Virus record (IMG/VR): IMGVR_UViG_3300012521_000003
Location: 4,659-68,658 of that record
Length of the DNA: 64,000 nucleotides
Strand: one strand, 5' to 3'
Source of the DNA: a virus
This document shows positions 45,801 to 55,585 of this stretch, in pieces; positions within the stretch are counted from its first letter, which is position 1; every line of letters starts with the position of its first letter. The translations under genes were made by a program, and so were the position numbers. The notes under the pieces are model-generated. The model saw only the letters and a program-made list of their open reading frames with translations, was not told the DNA's origin and made no database searches.

Positions 45801-48800
45801 TAGGTGGGTATACCAAAGTCTATATCCTCGAGAAGTATGGAGGATAACTCACTCTCGCCTTCTACAATCTTGGTCCTGAGCTCAGCGATCACTGTTTTTA
45901 ACTGGCTTGATTCTGACTCTATCTCGGTGATCTGGTCACTAATTGCCCTGATAGCTCCTTCATATTCTAGTTTAGCCGCGTCTAGCTCTTCACTTATGCT
46001 CTTAGGTAGAGTACCTTTCTCGTAGGCTTGTATGAAGGTCTCAAAATCAGGGTACTTTTCAAGAATTGGTTTAAGTCTGTTATAAGTGTCAAAATCGAGA
46101 GAAGTTACTTTACCCTCAGATATATTCTTTGCAGCCTTATTGTAATCAGCGACTAGATTATCATAAGTTTCCCTGATTGAGTTAGATAGAGCTTCCTGAT
46201 AGTAGGCGAGGGAAGTCTTCTTTCTAGACAAGACTTCCTCATACTCTTGTAATTTTTCCTCATGTGTAGTAAGTTCATCCTGAACCAAGGCTATCTCTTG
46301 CTCAAGGGTTGAGGATGAGTCAAGCAGGTCAGACCTTACACGCTCTGCAAGAGCCTGAGAGATCTCATGGAGATTGTCTTTTACTTCGCCCTGCAGACCG
46401 AGTTGACGAAGGGTCTTCTGCGAACCATCTCTCAGAGTAACGATTAGGTCTCCATAACCCGCATCTATGAGGCTGCTGTAAGCTTTCTTAAACTGGTCAG
46501 AGTCTGGACTCTTCTTCAGCATTACACTAAGATAGTTTCTAACCTTCTCAGCGATATTGTTGGAGTTCTCCTGCAGATCGGATATAAACCCGGAGATCCT
46601 ACCTGTAGCACTCTTAACAGCATCGACAGATCTGTCTAGTGTAACCTCCAAGGCTTCTTCTGGGTTGCGGTCTAAGAATAGAGAGGCTGCGGCCTGTATC
46701 CGCTGTTCTCTGAGCTGAGCTATTTTCTCGAGATACTTCTGGTTCTCTTCTTCTATTTCAGTATATCTGACATAGAGTTTCCTATAGTCAGACTCGAGAT
46801 GTTTTTTACTGAAAACTGACAATATATTAGTACCAGGGGAACCCGCGCTCTTAAACTCCTCTCTGGTTATACCTGCCTTCTCGAGTAGAGTATCGAAATC
46901 ATCATTTGCAGTATTAGTAGAATAGTCGGAGGGGTAGTCAGCGAGTGCGCGGAGGAGCTTACTTATTATCTGACCCTTAGGACTATTGAGCTCTTCTAGA
47001 TTCTTCTCTAGCTTATCCTGGAGTTCATCTATCTGATAACCCGCTAGGTCATTTATGAAGGAGACATTGGACTCGAGGATCTGCTGTTTGTATCTGAGAT
47101 ACTCCCTGAGAGCCTCTGTGTTCCTTATTATCAAGCCGTTCTCTTGGTCGTAATAGTCAGCTAGCGCTGGAGCCTGATCAGCCATCGCAGCGCCAACCTC
47201 AATTAGTTGGCGATCTATCGCTAGGGTGTCTTCACCGGATTCAGCTAGCTTTTTCCTCTGTTCGGTGAGGGTCTCGTGCTTGTCTATAAGGCTAGAGATT
47301 GTCTTGATCTCTTTCTTGAGCTCCGCATTTGTTACTAGGGCTTGTTCATAGCGCTCTTGGAGCATCTTTTTCTCTCTGGCTGATTCCGTGGCCCATCTAA
47401 TAATTAGTCCTATACCGATGCTTATAGCTGTAGATAGTAGTCCCTGAGCCAAGGTTGCCTTGGCAGCCATAGCGGAAGCTGCCCGATTAGCTGCAGCCTC
47501 TGCCTGCTTAGCAGTTGCCGCCTTGTAGGCAGCGGTAGCGGAAGCGTCAGTAGCTACAGTATTCTGGGTCTTTGAGGCGGTGTTCTCATTAGTGGCTCTG
47601 GTGTTAGTATTCGTAGAACTCGTCTCTACAGTAGTAGCAGTAGCTTCAGCGGTCTGAGCGGCGGTGCTAGCAGCTGTTGCAGCAGTCGCACCAACTTGAG
47701 CAGCTTGATATTCCTCTAGTAGACGGTTATATATTCTCTGCTGAGCATTCAGGTCCCCAAGTCGGGCTAGCTGCTCGTCTATGAGGATGTTCATGGACTC
47801 GTCATAGGACTTACCCGTGGTCTGAGACATGAACTCGGCCATATTCTTAAAGGCATCGCTATTCTTCAACTTCTCAGCCAGGTCAGAGTACTTGGTAAGA
47901 ATACCCCCAAGAGAGTCGGTGAATGAGCTCTCCGCTATGCTCTTCGCGGCATCTTTGAAGGTCTTGTCGGTCTCATGAACAACCTTAACGACCCTTCCCA
48001 TATTAACAATGAAATTGAGAAGTCCCTTAGAGAGACTCGTACCAAAGGCCTGCTGTAGGATCTTATTAACGGTAGCCATTGTAACACCGAACATGGTCCA
48101 GTACGAGATCTGCTCTTGTATTTCGGGGTTAAGGTTAGCGAAGCCATCGAATATCTTTGAGAGGAAATCTACCGTGCCTTTCATGATGTCCGTTAGTCCC
48201 CACTTACCGAAGGCATTAGCTGCCTCTGTAAAGGAGGCCTTTAACCTCTGGGACTTACGCTCTAGAGTGTCCAGAGTCATCTCGAACTTCTTGGCCGAGT
48301 AGCCTGCGCTCTCCATTGAGAGCTGAGCGTAGTTTATAGCAGAGGTTCCTGTGGAACTAAAGCCGGTGGTGTTCCAACTAGAGAGTAGGGCCATGACGTA
48401 GTTCCTTTGCCTACTCTCGCCTAGGGCTCCTATTAACCTATTGAGGTCCTCTGTCATCTCGCCAAAGCCACCAGCCTGTAGCTGTAGCTCCTGATACTTC
48501 TTAGCAACCTCATCTATTATTTCTACATAGGACTTAAACTTTCCGACCGAAGCCGCGGCCGTTTCACCAGTCTCGTAGACATCAATGCCCAGATCCTTAA
48601 ATATCTGGAGGTTCTTATCCTTGTAGATGCTGCTGAACATCATTCTCAAGGCGGTACCAACCTCAGCGCCGCTTCTTCCTGTGTTCTGTATAAGCGTAGC
48701 TATTATAGCATTTAACTCTGTATAGTCCAGACCGACAGCTCTTGCATATCCAGCGGCTTTCTGATAAGCCTCAGCAAAGTCTGAAGTATCTGCCGTGGTA

Positions 48801-51800
48801 GCATCTGCTAGCTTGTTCCAGGAGTCTAGGAGTAGTTGAGCCTGCTCATAAGACATACCCATCTGGACCAAGGCGGAGTTAAGATAGGTTACAGCATTAG
48901 ATGCGTCTTTTATGTCTGAAGTGTTAAGGGCAAGTATGGAGGTCTCAGTAAGGGTCTCTAGGGAGTCAGCATCAACTACGCCCACCTTCGCCCATTCTTC
49001 CTGTACTGTAGCGACATTCTGTATAGTCTCACCATACTCGATCGCTATCTCGTTCAGGTCCTTCAGGGCCTTAAGGGTCTCTGCAGCAGGTACATCCTGC
49101 CAGACTCGTTTCAAGTTAACGACTGCGGTCTCGTAGTCTTTGATGTTTTGGATGGCTTGCTTTATTAATTGTATTGAGCTCATTACTCCAGTGAGTCCGC
49201 CTATGACGCCCCACCCGGTTGTTTTAGCTCCCCACTTGAGTGCAGCCCAATTATCCTCACCTCTAGCGGAACCAAACCAATTGAGCCCAGAGGCTTCCGG
49301 ACCTACGCCAGACTTATCACCTATGATGCGGAAGACACTCGAGAGAAGCCCTCGATTACCTATAGCCTGCTGTATATCGTAGGAAGATCTACCAGACCCT
49401 GAGCCTAGATATGACCGCTCACGAACCAGCCTATTTATTTTTTCCTCGATATCCAGTCGCATCTTCTGAGTCTTAAGATGCTCCTGCATAATGAGGTCTT
49501 CCTTGGTTCTCTCCGCGATCTCCGCCTTGATGGCCGACATGCGACTTGTAGCGGCAGAGATATCAGCCTTATTACGCTGTATGGCCTCGTTAGCTAGTTT
49601 AGCCGACAGCTCGCTCTCGAGAGTTAGGCGCTCTTTGACCAGCTCTAACTCCTCTTTACGAGCCTGTATCGAAGCAGCGGCGGACTCCTGTCTCTTAGCA
49701 GCGAGTTTATTTATCTCCTCTACTTCAGCTTGTAGAAGGGAGATTCGGTTCTTTTCTTCTTCGTCAACGGAGCTTAGGAGAGCCGCTCTTATCATCTCAG
49801 TACCTTTATCAGTACTAGGATATCTAGCATTAATAGCATCGCGCTGAGCCTGAGCAGCCTGCTTAATAGTGTCTAACTGAGCTTTATAATATTGACTTGC
49901 TCTCTCCGCTTCCTTAGCTATATCAGCGGAGGATCTACGATACTCCGATATAGCTCTACCAAGAGCATTTAGTCTAGTCTCTATCTGCTTACTAGACTCG
50001 TCACTAAGGTCATAGTCCCCTTTCATAGACTCCATAGAGAGCTTAGCTGCATGGGCGGCAGATTGAGCGTATTCAGCGACTCGGGCTCTCTGGTCGGCAG
50101 TCAGTGACTCTTCTAGTCTAAGCCTATTGGCTTTTACAGAAGCTATTTTATCCTCTATAGTAGCCTCTTCTCTTGCTGCTTTAGCTCTGGCTTCAGCAGC
50201 CCTAGCAATAGCAGTATCAGCCTCAGCTCGTTTCTTAGTGGAGATCGCTTCAGAGTCCTTTATAGCCTGGAGGGTCTTCTGCGCAGTCTCTTCTGCTCTA
50301 GCAGCCATGAGGGCTTCTTTAGCCTGAGACTCCTTAATCTTCTGGGCCTCTCGAGCTTGCTTTACAATATCAGCCTCTACTCTAGCTGCTTCTTTAAGGT
50401 AAGCTAGTCCAGAGACATTTTCTCGATAGGTCCTAGCATTCTCAATAGCGATTCTCTGAGCCTTTACCTCAGTCAGCTGGTCCTCAGGAGATAGGCTAGC
50501 TAGACTCTGAGCAGTTCTTTCTATATAAGACCTTAAGAGAGCCTCACTATTCGCTATGGCCTCTGTCTTATTAAACCCTAGAGGCTGATCCCCGAGAACC
50601 TCTTTAGCCAGGCTACTAGCTGCCAGGTCACGGAGCTTGTCTCTATACTCTTCGAGAGAGGACTTAACGTTCTGGTCAAGAGGCCTAGGAGTAGGCGACT
50701 TTGCTAAGCGTTCAAGCGTCTGGTCCCTCTGCTGGGTGAGCTTCGCCATCGTGGAGAAACCGGACAGGTCCTCCTTGAGCTTTGCTGCGGGATTCGTTCC
50801 GAGGATCTGATCAGCCTTAGATCCCATAGAGGCTATATTCTCAGACACGCCAACAGTCTCATCCATGACCGCGCTCCAGAACTCATTAAGTGCCCTGGAT
50901 ATCTGGTCTAGCTGCTGGACTGCTTCCTGATTCTTAGCCCCTTTTAGCTCAGCCTTAATCGGATCGAGTAGCTTATTATTAAGTAGGAAGGCTGCAGCGA
51001 GAGCGGGGTCTGCCTTAGCTATCGCGGCACCGAACATCTTATAGTCGGTTTCACCTGGAGCCATCTTATTATAGGCCAATATGCTCTCTAGTGCGTTCTT
51101 CTTATCTGTGATAGATAGAGCAGCACTACCACCGGCTCCTCGTGCCCAATGTAGTAAGCTAAGACCTTCCTTTGTATTACTTGTAGAGCTATAGACGTAC
51201 TCTGGAATACCGAGTTCTCTTAGCAGACTTACGGCGGCATCTCTCGAAGGACCTGCACTAAGGCCAGTGGCTCTCCATAGGGTCTGTAGGAATCTCTCGG
51301 CGGGGTTAAGAGTGGAGAGAGCCTTGAGGTTATAGCTTATCTGATCTGTACCTAGAGGAGACGAATGAGAGTCTATAGGTATAGCGTACATCCCCTCTAG
51401 CTTATAACCGAGATTACGAGCACTATAAGCATCACCGCCTTTTAGTAGAGCGGTGATTACTGCCTGGTCTACATCCTTGTTGGATATAGGGCTATGATGT
51501 CCCTGAGCTGCCTTTATGGCACTATCAAGCATATCCCTAGCCTGACTGCGGACTTCCTCAGGTAGGGCATCGATTATGGCTCTAGAGACCTCTTCTTTCA
51601 GTATCTGGGTTATAACCTCGGGATGGGTATCTCCTCCACCTTGAGCGGTACCAACACCTCCCTTGGATAGACCTAGCTGACCAGCAGCCTTACCTATATC
51701 GTGGAGTATGGCACTGAGCTTGAAGGTCTCCATAGCCTTGGGATCCATAAGGGTCTTTTTCAAAGCACTTACCGGATCCTGTATGCCAGCTTCAACCAAT

Positions 51801-52681
51801 TCTCTATAGGCTAGATCGAGAGCCGAAAACTGTGTTTTCTCATCCCATAGTCCAGTCTTAGTGAATTTAGCTCTCTCGAGCTCATATTTCTTTTTAACTA
51901 GCTGGAGCTGTTTATCGAGTTCCTTCTCGTCAGGTATATCCAGGAACTGAGCTATTATATCAGCCGAATGAACTGCAAGGTCAGACCAGGTGTTATGATA
52001 CTTACCTGAAGTAGAGGCTGGGAATGTAAATATCTTGGAGACAAGATCCTTAGCTGAGAGCTGTTTCATCAGCTCCTGAACCATCTTCTCCCCAATATTT
52101 GTGGACATGGCACCCTTAAACATCGAGGTTACGGCGCCACCATAGTCTAGCTTACTATCCGCGAAGGCCTTGCCACTTATAGTGGGCTTACTACCCTTAG
52201 GAGCAAAGAAGCTATTAATAGCCTCAAGGTTCTTCTGAGCCTTTGCTATATTAGTCTGGAGGTTCTTGAAGACCTTGGTCAACTCTCGGTTGAAGGCCTC
52301 CATTTCCTTACTAATATTGCCAGAGCCCTTACGGTTGCTGATGAACTCACTGAAGACCATTTGGAGGCCCTTCTTCATTTGAGCTATCTGCTCCTTACTG
52401 TACTTAGCTAGAGCCTCGAAATCACCCCTGGAGATAAGGTCTATATCTCTAGGAATATCTCCCTTAAGGGAGTTAAACTGCTTAACGACTTCTAGGAATG
52501 TATTGAGGTTCGGAACGATATAACCAATCTTATCGGCGACCTGGGGCATTACAGCGTTAGCCTTGGCTGTGTTGCTTCCCAGCGCCATGAGGGCCTCGGC
52601 GAACACCTCAATATTCTTGGAAGAGTCGACAAGACTATCAACTATACTCTCAAGTATTGCGTCTCCATTTTCTTTTGCCAT
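42869..52681 (-). CDS. Tape measure protein (3270 aa) with an N-terminal HD domain
   Basis: TP901-type core (YETAVVNLKRV...SAKKFEMTLDTLERKSQRLK), long coiled coils, C-terminal YHSGGVVG; follows the tail chaperone genes. Confidence 0.93.
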   Translation of the reverse strand: MAKENGDAILESIVDSLVDSSKNIEVFAEALMALGSNTAKANAVMPQVADKIGYIVPNLNTFLEVVKQFNSLKGDIPRDIDLISRGDFEALAKYSKEQIAQMKKGLQMVFSEFISNRKGSGNISKEMEAFNRELTKVFKNLQTNIAKAQKNLEAINSFFAPKGSKPTISGKAFADSKLDYGGAVTSMFKGAMSTNIGEKMVQELMKQLSAKDLVSKIFTFPASTSGKYHNTWSDLAVHSADIIAQFLDIPDEKELDKQLQLVKKKYELERAKFTKTGLWDEKTQFSALDLAYRELVEAGIQDPVSALKKTLMDPKAMETFKLSAILHDIGKAAGQLGLSKGGVGTAQGGGDTHPEVITQILKEEVSRAIIDALPEEVRSQARDMLDSAIKAAQGHHSPISNKDVDQAVITALLKGGDAYSARNLGYKLEGMYAIPIDSHSSPLGTDQISYNLKALSTLNPAERFLQTLWRATGLSAGPSRDAAVSLLRELGIPEYVYSSTSNTKEGLSLLHWARGAGGSAALSITDKKNALESILAYNKMAPGETDYKMFGAAIAKADPALAAAFLLNNKLLDPIKAELKGAKNQEAVQQLDQISRALNEFWSAVMDETVGVSENIASMGSKADQILGTNPAAKLKEDLSGFSTMAKLTQQRDQTLERLAKSPTPRPLDQNVKSSLEEYRDKLRDLAASSLAKEVLGDQPLGFNKTEAIANSEALLRSYIERTAQSLASLSPEDQLTEVKAQRIAIENARTYRENVSGLAYLKEAARVEADIVKQAREAQKIKESQAKEALMAARAEETAQKTLQAIKDSEAISTKKRAEADTAIARAAEARAKAAREEATIEDKIASVKANRLRLEESLTADQRARVAEYAQSAAHAAKLSMESMKGDYDLSDESSKQIETRLNALGRAISEYRRSSADIAKEAERASQYYKAQLDTIKQAAQAQRDAINARYPSTDKGTEMIRAALLSSVDEEEKNRISLLQAEVEEINKLAAKRQESAAASIQARKEELELVKERLTLESELSAKLANEAIQRNKADISAATSRMSAIKAEIAERTKEDLIMQEHLKTQKMRLDIEEKINRLVRERSYLGSGSGRSSYDIQQAIGNRGLLSSVFRIIGDKSGVGPEASGLNWFGSARGEDNWAALKWGAKTTGWGVIGGLTGVMSSIQLIKQAIQNIKDYETAVVNLKRVWQDVPAAETLKALKDLNEIAIEYGETIQNVATVQEEWAKVGVVDADSLETLTETSILALNTSDIKDASNAVTYLNSALVQMGMSYEQAQLLLDSWNKLADATTADTSDFAEAYQKAAGYARAVGLDYTELNAIIATLIQNTGRSGAEVGTALRMMFSSIYKDKNLQIFKDLGIDVYETGETAAASVGKFKSYVEIIDEVAKKYQELQLQAGGFGEMTEDLNRLIGALGESRQRNYVMALLSSWNTTGFSSTGTSAINYAQLSMESAGYSAKKFEMTLDTLERKSQRLKASFTEAANAFGKWGLTDIMKGTVDFLSKIFDGFANLNPEIQEQISYWTMFGVTMATVNKILQQAFGTSLSKGLLNFIVNMGRVVKVVHETDKTFKDAAKSIAESSFTDSLGGILTKYSDLAEKLKNSDAFKNMAEFMSQTTGKSYDESMNILIDEQLARLGDLNAQQRIYNRLLEEYQAAQVGATAATAASTAAQTAEATATTVETSSTNTNTRATNENTASKTQNTVATDASATAAYKAATAKQAEAAANRAASAMAAKATLAQGLLSTAISIGIGLIIRWATESAREKKMLQERYEQALVTNAELKKEIKTISSLIDKHETLTEQRKKLAESGEDTLAIDRQLIEVGAAMADQAPALADYYDQENGLIIRNTEALREYLRYKQQILESNVSFINDLAGYQIDELQDKLEKNLEELNSPKGQIISKLLRALADYPSDYSTNTANDDFDTLLEKAGITREEFKSAGSPGTNILSVFSKKHLESDYRKLYVRYTEIEEENQKYLEKIAQLREQRIQAAASLFLDRNPEEALEVTLDRSVDAVKSATGRISGFISDLQENSNNIAEKVRNYLSVMLKKSPDSDQFKKAYSSLIDAGYGDLIVTLRDGSQKTLRQLGLQGEVKDNLHEISQALAERVRSDLLDSSSTLEQEIALVQDELTTHEEKLQEYEEVLSRKKTSLAYYQEALSNSIRETYDNLVADYNKAAKNISEGKVTSLDFDTYNRLKPILEKYPDFETFIQAYEKGTLPKSISEELDAAKLEYEGAIRAISDQITEIESESSQLKTVIAELRTKIVEGESELSSILLEDIDFGIPTYEGIARDIIEKILGAGTPADATDAVKELKDYFGSKTIEIEGAKKTISELTRDEILNNFLDIIYAINNSLVDSNDYVLTSLDYNIMRLQEYSKTVVSKFGDLGSGLFELIDGYALFSETFPELKAKIEEIGEADIIGYIGLRDKDAIPLEEQLEMAAQAISQIKDATYATERSVREGAYQLKLLFGDLEISGQLLGAMSEVQIYNNIDTITNTLSTHLTQRSKYAYDYAKAQLQIANTAVEQTRQMLNDTLDLMRILRAEGDTKHYNEASAFATFLQQILKTFGGNQASWRQVLDNLPEPGSEVSLATRVGELVGDDAKWKWLDEAMNKLENAIKRITNNISILQAIWSEDLTNPTYLSRALKLQEQLIDQYVDSINQLVELRSKISTEEDKYDEVTDKIESYTQALYEAYNVRSQLMRSYYTDSLTELESSLSRAINKIDLMTTKLRGFIHNEQELTIATLRLNTQLRNYEDQMATVSREIDRASEELKSMSLAAKNATSAFERNSAEGRINSLRKYIEELQNKLVELESSAEDARIALVQVFSTYLTDAYNKGLEKELENISDLRDEYQKLHDEKIKYLEEYLKHLEDSWKAEDDQRELADLEQEMALVQIRIRRLAGDTSQYGRKLLKEAQDELNNLQKQYDDKKRQMARDAIRDQIEEEREALEKEYDEKMKDWEAEERAINKHYKILLDNAEYFAQGLVDRYMSGQNDVLAYLTSESLLSKYREAAEAANAAYYAGLNLLSPSISPSDDYSKQTPGNLFGNDGSTKPSGTNFNPDTDYMALMLPLMSSLESQIKSGQYSVAQETYSRLQQLERQRNAKINSMGLDYAPTSDFQRTFWEFIQSGARIPTYHSGGVVGKNTLPNELSRLLGLGPKEALVKALEGEYMVPRDQMANLLKSIDMRDLLRLRVAPLYTKSSASSTNVDNSVTIDKVMNIENAVFSSDFDVDTLESVAGRYIRSQLSRRGITNPKPRNR

Positions 52682-52774
52682 ATTTACACCCCCGCCTATA
52701 TTTTGAAGGGATTGACCCGGATTTGCTACTCTATATAATAGTCCTGGAGAGCCAGTTATACGACTCTCCAGATA

Positions 52775-53068
52775 CTATTCTCTACGAACGAATTCTCTCA
52801 TTGCTTCTTCAAATGCGTCGAATGATAGGTCAGTGTCTTTAGTCTTTACAGCCCCGCGCTCTTGACGTACTATCCTAGTATCGGGAGCAAGCGGATGGAA
52901 TTCCTGCTTAAGCTCATTACCTGCGGGTAGAGCTGCAAGATGTACTTCCCAATTAATCTTACGGCTCAGTTGATATATAAGCTCAGAGAATTGGACCATA
53001 CTTAATTCGCCGATCTCTGAGGGTAATTTATTGAGCCATACCGCCAGGATATAGATCCCATCTTCCAT
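52775..53068 (-). CDS. Tail assembly chaperone, frameshift extension (gpT-like)
   Basis: In the -1 frame of the upstream ORF; lies just before the TMP gene. Confidence 0.75.
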   Translation of the reverse strand: MEDGIYILAVWLNKLPSEIGELSMVQFSELIYQLSRKINWEVHLAALPAGNELKQEFHPLAPDTRIVRQERGAVKTKDTDLSFDAFEEAMREFVRRE

Positions 53069-53451
53069 TAAGAGAGCGGGGTCTGAGCGTTTTTTTGGTT
53101 ACCTGTAAGCTTAGCTAGCTTGCTGTGGAGCCTCTCCATGTCAATGTCGTTCTGCTCCATCAGTGTAGCCCTCAGTTCTCTGTATTCATCATTCGTGATA
53201 GAATCTATGAGTTCTACTAGATCGGTCCTCTCTGACTCTTCGGATCTGGCAGCTATTAGGGCCAGTGTACGTAGACTATCGATACCCTGTAAATACGCAA
53301 TATCGGCCAGGGACTCAAAGTCTAGAATGTAGATTACCTTTGAGGCCTCTGGCCAGTCTTTTATTCTTATAGGATATATATCTACTACCGCATTTCCTAT
53401 CCGAAGTGCCCTCGGCCTGGCCAGAGAGTTTTCAAGTGATTTCTCTGCCAT
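53068..53451 (-). CDS. Tail assembly chaperone (gpG-like)
   Basis: Between the tail tube and TMP genes; slippery site near its 3' end. Confidence 0.75.
   Translation of the reverse strand: MAEKSLENSLARPRALRIGNAVVDIYPIRIKDWPEASKVIYILDFESLADIAYLQGIDSLRTLALIAARSEESERTDLVELIDSITNDEYRELRATLMEQNDIDMERLHSKLAKLTGNQKNAQTPLS
53089..53095 (-). promoter_or_regulatory. Programmed -1 frameshift site A AAA AAC
   Basis: In-frame CAA AAA AAC; the -1 frame reads KRSDPALL directly into MEDG of 52775..53068. Confidence 0.8.
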
Positions 53452-53477
53452 AATGTCCTCCTACTATACTAATATAG

Positions 53478-53502
53478 AGGGAGGGAGGTTGTCTCCCTCC
53501 CT
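53478..53502 (-). terminator. Hairpin after the major tail gene
   Basis: 10-bp stem AGGGAGGGAG/CTCCCTCCCT; weak U-tract. Confidence 0.5.
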
Positions 53503-53517
53503 ACAAGCTTATTAGAC

Positions 53518-54324
53518 TCAGCCGCCGGCAGCGGGTGTAACGGGCTCCCAAGTTCTCTTGAAGATCTTCTTGTCCGGTCTCTGCGGATCGAGAAGCTCGA
53601 AGGTGATCTGGGGAGCATAGGCGGCTCTCTCCTGATAGTCTTCTCTGAACTCCGGAGAAGTCTGGAGCTTGAAGAACTCGATGAACTGGGTACCAGTGAC
53701 CTTGTTGTCATTATCAAAGGTAGGCTGCTTGTGGATAGCCTTGACCGTCTTCGGCACAGAGTCTGCGAGGGTCGAGACAGACTTCGAGCCTGCAGCAGAC
53801 ATGTACTTGTAGACGAGCTCGACTTCCTTGCCCTTATCGGCCTCTGCGAAGGTGAGCTTATCGCCGTTGAGGGAGTACTTGCCGGCATCGGCTTCGGTTG
53901 CTGCCTCCATCAGGCTCCCATCGTCGAGTCTGACGATAAGGGAATCAGCGATCGGGCTATTGGGAAGCTGGATCTCGAAGGGAGCGGTGGTGGGGATTAC
54001 GAACTTGTAGTCGGAACCAAAAGCCCAGACTTCAGTAGCGCCGGTCTCTATATCCTCACCAGAGGTAAGAGAGGCATACCTGAAGTCCATCTCGCAATCG
54101 GTAAGCTCCAGAGTCGCGCTCTGGCTGGTCTTAAAGCGTCTCTTGGGGAAGAGGCTACGGCCGCCAGTGACGTCCTCCATGTCAGCACTACCGCTTATGC
54201 TGGCACTCTTGCAGGTGACAACAGCAATGATCTTGTTAGGATCCGGGTTGGTGAAGTCAAAATCAGTTGTGGTGATCAGAACCTCACCAGGACCGTCGAT
54301 GTAGTATCTGAGCTGGTCTTTCAT
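53518..54324 (-). CDS. Major tail (tube) protein
   Basis: Position; strong RBS; highly-expressed-type codon usage; size. Confidence 0.75.
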   Translation of the reverse strand: MKDQLRYYIDGPGEVLITTTDFDFTNPDPNKIIAVVTCKSASISGSADMEDVTGGRSLFPKRRFKTSQSATLELTDCEMDFRYASLTSGEDIETGATEVWAFGSDYKFVIPTTAPFEIQLPNSPIADSLIVRLDDGSLMEAATEADAGKYSLNGDKLTFAEADKGKEVELVYKYMSAAGSKSVSTLADSVPKTVKAIHKQPTFDNDNKVTGTQFIEFFKLQTSPEFREDYQERAAYAPQITFELLDPQRPDKKIFKRTWEPVTPAAGG

Positions 54325-54342
54325 TATTGAGTTTCCTCCTTC

Positions 54343-54759
54343 TTAGTAAAAGATAGATCTAAAGGTGAATTGGACTGTTGCTTTGTGCCATCCTGTAGTA
54401 GTTGGCCTATCGGGGTCTATATTGTAGAACTCTAGGCCCCTTCCTACAGAGGCACCATCTAATACCTCGCAGACTCTCTTGGCTATATCGTAACCCACGC
54501 CGGTGGCCCTTTGGACAGTCAGCGGGGTATAGATGTCAACAAGTAGGGTGTTACTAGTAGTCTTACCGCCTAGGTTAACACCACCTCTAACCCAGACGCT
54601 TATCAAGGGGTCAGTGAAACTCGGATTGGGTTGCTGTCTCATGGGGACTAGCCGAAGTGCTTTATCGTCTCGGGTCTTGAATTTGGCTAACCTACAGATC
54701 TCAGAGTCGCGACCTAGGAGATTTGTGGCTAAGGCAACATCAGATTTAAGGTCACTCAT
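54343..54759 (-). CDS. Tail terminator/completion protein
   Basis: LLVDIYTP...IAKRVCEVLDG; positioned before the tail tube gene. Confidence 0.65.
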   Translation of the reverse strand: MSDLKSDVALATNLLGRDSEICRLAKFKTRDDKALRLVPMRQQPNPSFTDPLISVWVRGGVNLGGKTTSNTLLVDIYTPLTVQRATGVGYDIAKRVCEVLDGASVGRGLEFYNIDPDRPTTTGWHKATVQFTFRSIFY

Positions 54760-55585
54760 CGTGTATCACTCCCTCAGCGAAGTCGACATACAGAGCCTGC
54801 ATGTGTCTTATTCTAGTGGGATCTCTACCGATTACCCTTAGTGTTTCTCCCTCAGCCTCTAGTATGTCTCCTATCTTAATGGGAAGCCAGATTGGAACGA
54901 CATACATTCGATTAAGATTTGGGAGATAGCCGACTTCTTCTAGTCTCGAGTATACTGAGAGCTGTTCTTGATAAGCCAGTATATCCTTTCCCTTTAGGAT
55001 TAGAGATTGATACTTCGGCCAATCTCTCGGCTCTGGATCGGAACCCCAATTAACAACGTCCCCTTCGTCAATAGACTGGTCTGGAAGATCCTCTTTGGCA
55101 TACCAATCTATGGTAACATTGGCTAACTTGAGACCTAGAGATATGCTACTATCGCCTTCCTGATATCCAGAGACGAAGTATTTACTCATATCGAAGGTTA
55201 GTATTGATCCGAACGATACTACCAGATCGTTCGGAACTCTTATCCTTCTGCTAAACTCAACCGAGTCTCTCGTAATCGTCCTCCCGGGGGCTACAAAAAG
55301 GGCTCGGGAGACTGAGTGAATGGTTAATAGTGTATCCTTTGGTATATCTACAGTCAAGGGGCTCTCAAGCTCTGTTATTGGCCCCGCCGACCTTATTTTT
55401 ATCGTGTGGACAACCCCATCAGCCTCATACTTGAATTCGGCTCCTGGTAACAGACCTACAGGGTCATGGAGCTTTATACTCTTGTCGCCCACTTTAGCAT
55501 CGGCGGTCACCCAGAAGGTAGCGTCTATAGTGACCTCTTTACCCCATTTGTTTATGAGCCTTTTGGTCCCCCTAGAACTTGCCAT
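54752..55585 (-). CDS. Head closure / neck protein
   Basis: Position; GDILEAEGETLRV resembles head-closure proteins. Confidence 0.55.
   Translation of the reverse strand: MASSRGTKRLINKWGKEVTIDATFWVTADAKVGDKSIKLHDPVGLLPGAEFKYEADGVVHTIKIRSAGPITELESPLTVDIPKDTLLTIHSVSRALFVAPGRTITRDSVEFSRRIRVPNDLVVSFGSILTFDMSKYFVSGYQEGDSSISLGLKLANVTIDWYAKEDLPDQSIDEGDVVNWGSDPEPRDWPKYQSLILKGKDILAYQEQLSVYSRLEEVGYLPNLNRMYVVPIWLPIKIGDILEAEGETLRVIGRDPTRIRHMQALYVDFAEGVIHDE

Noticed and set aside
53731-54330. 199-aa + strand ORF
   Set aside because: Antisense shadow of the major tail gene, explained by its codon bias
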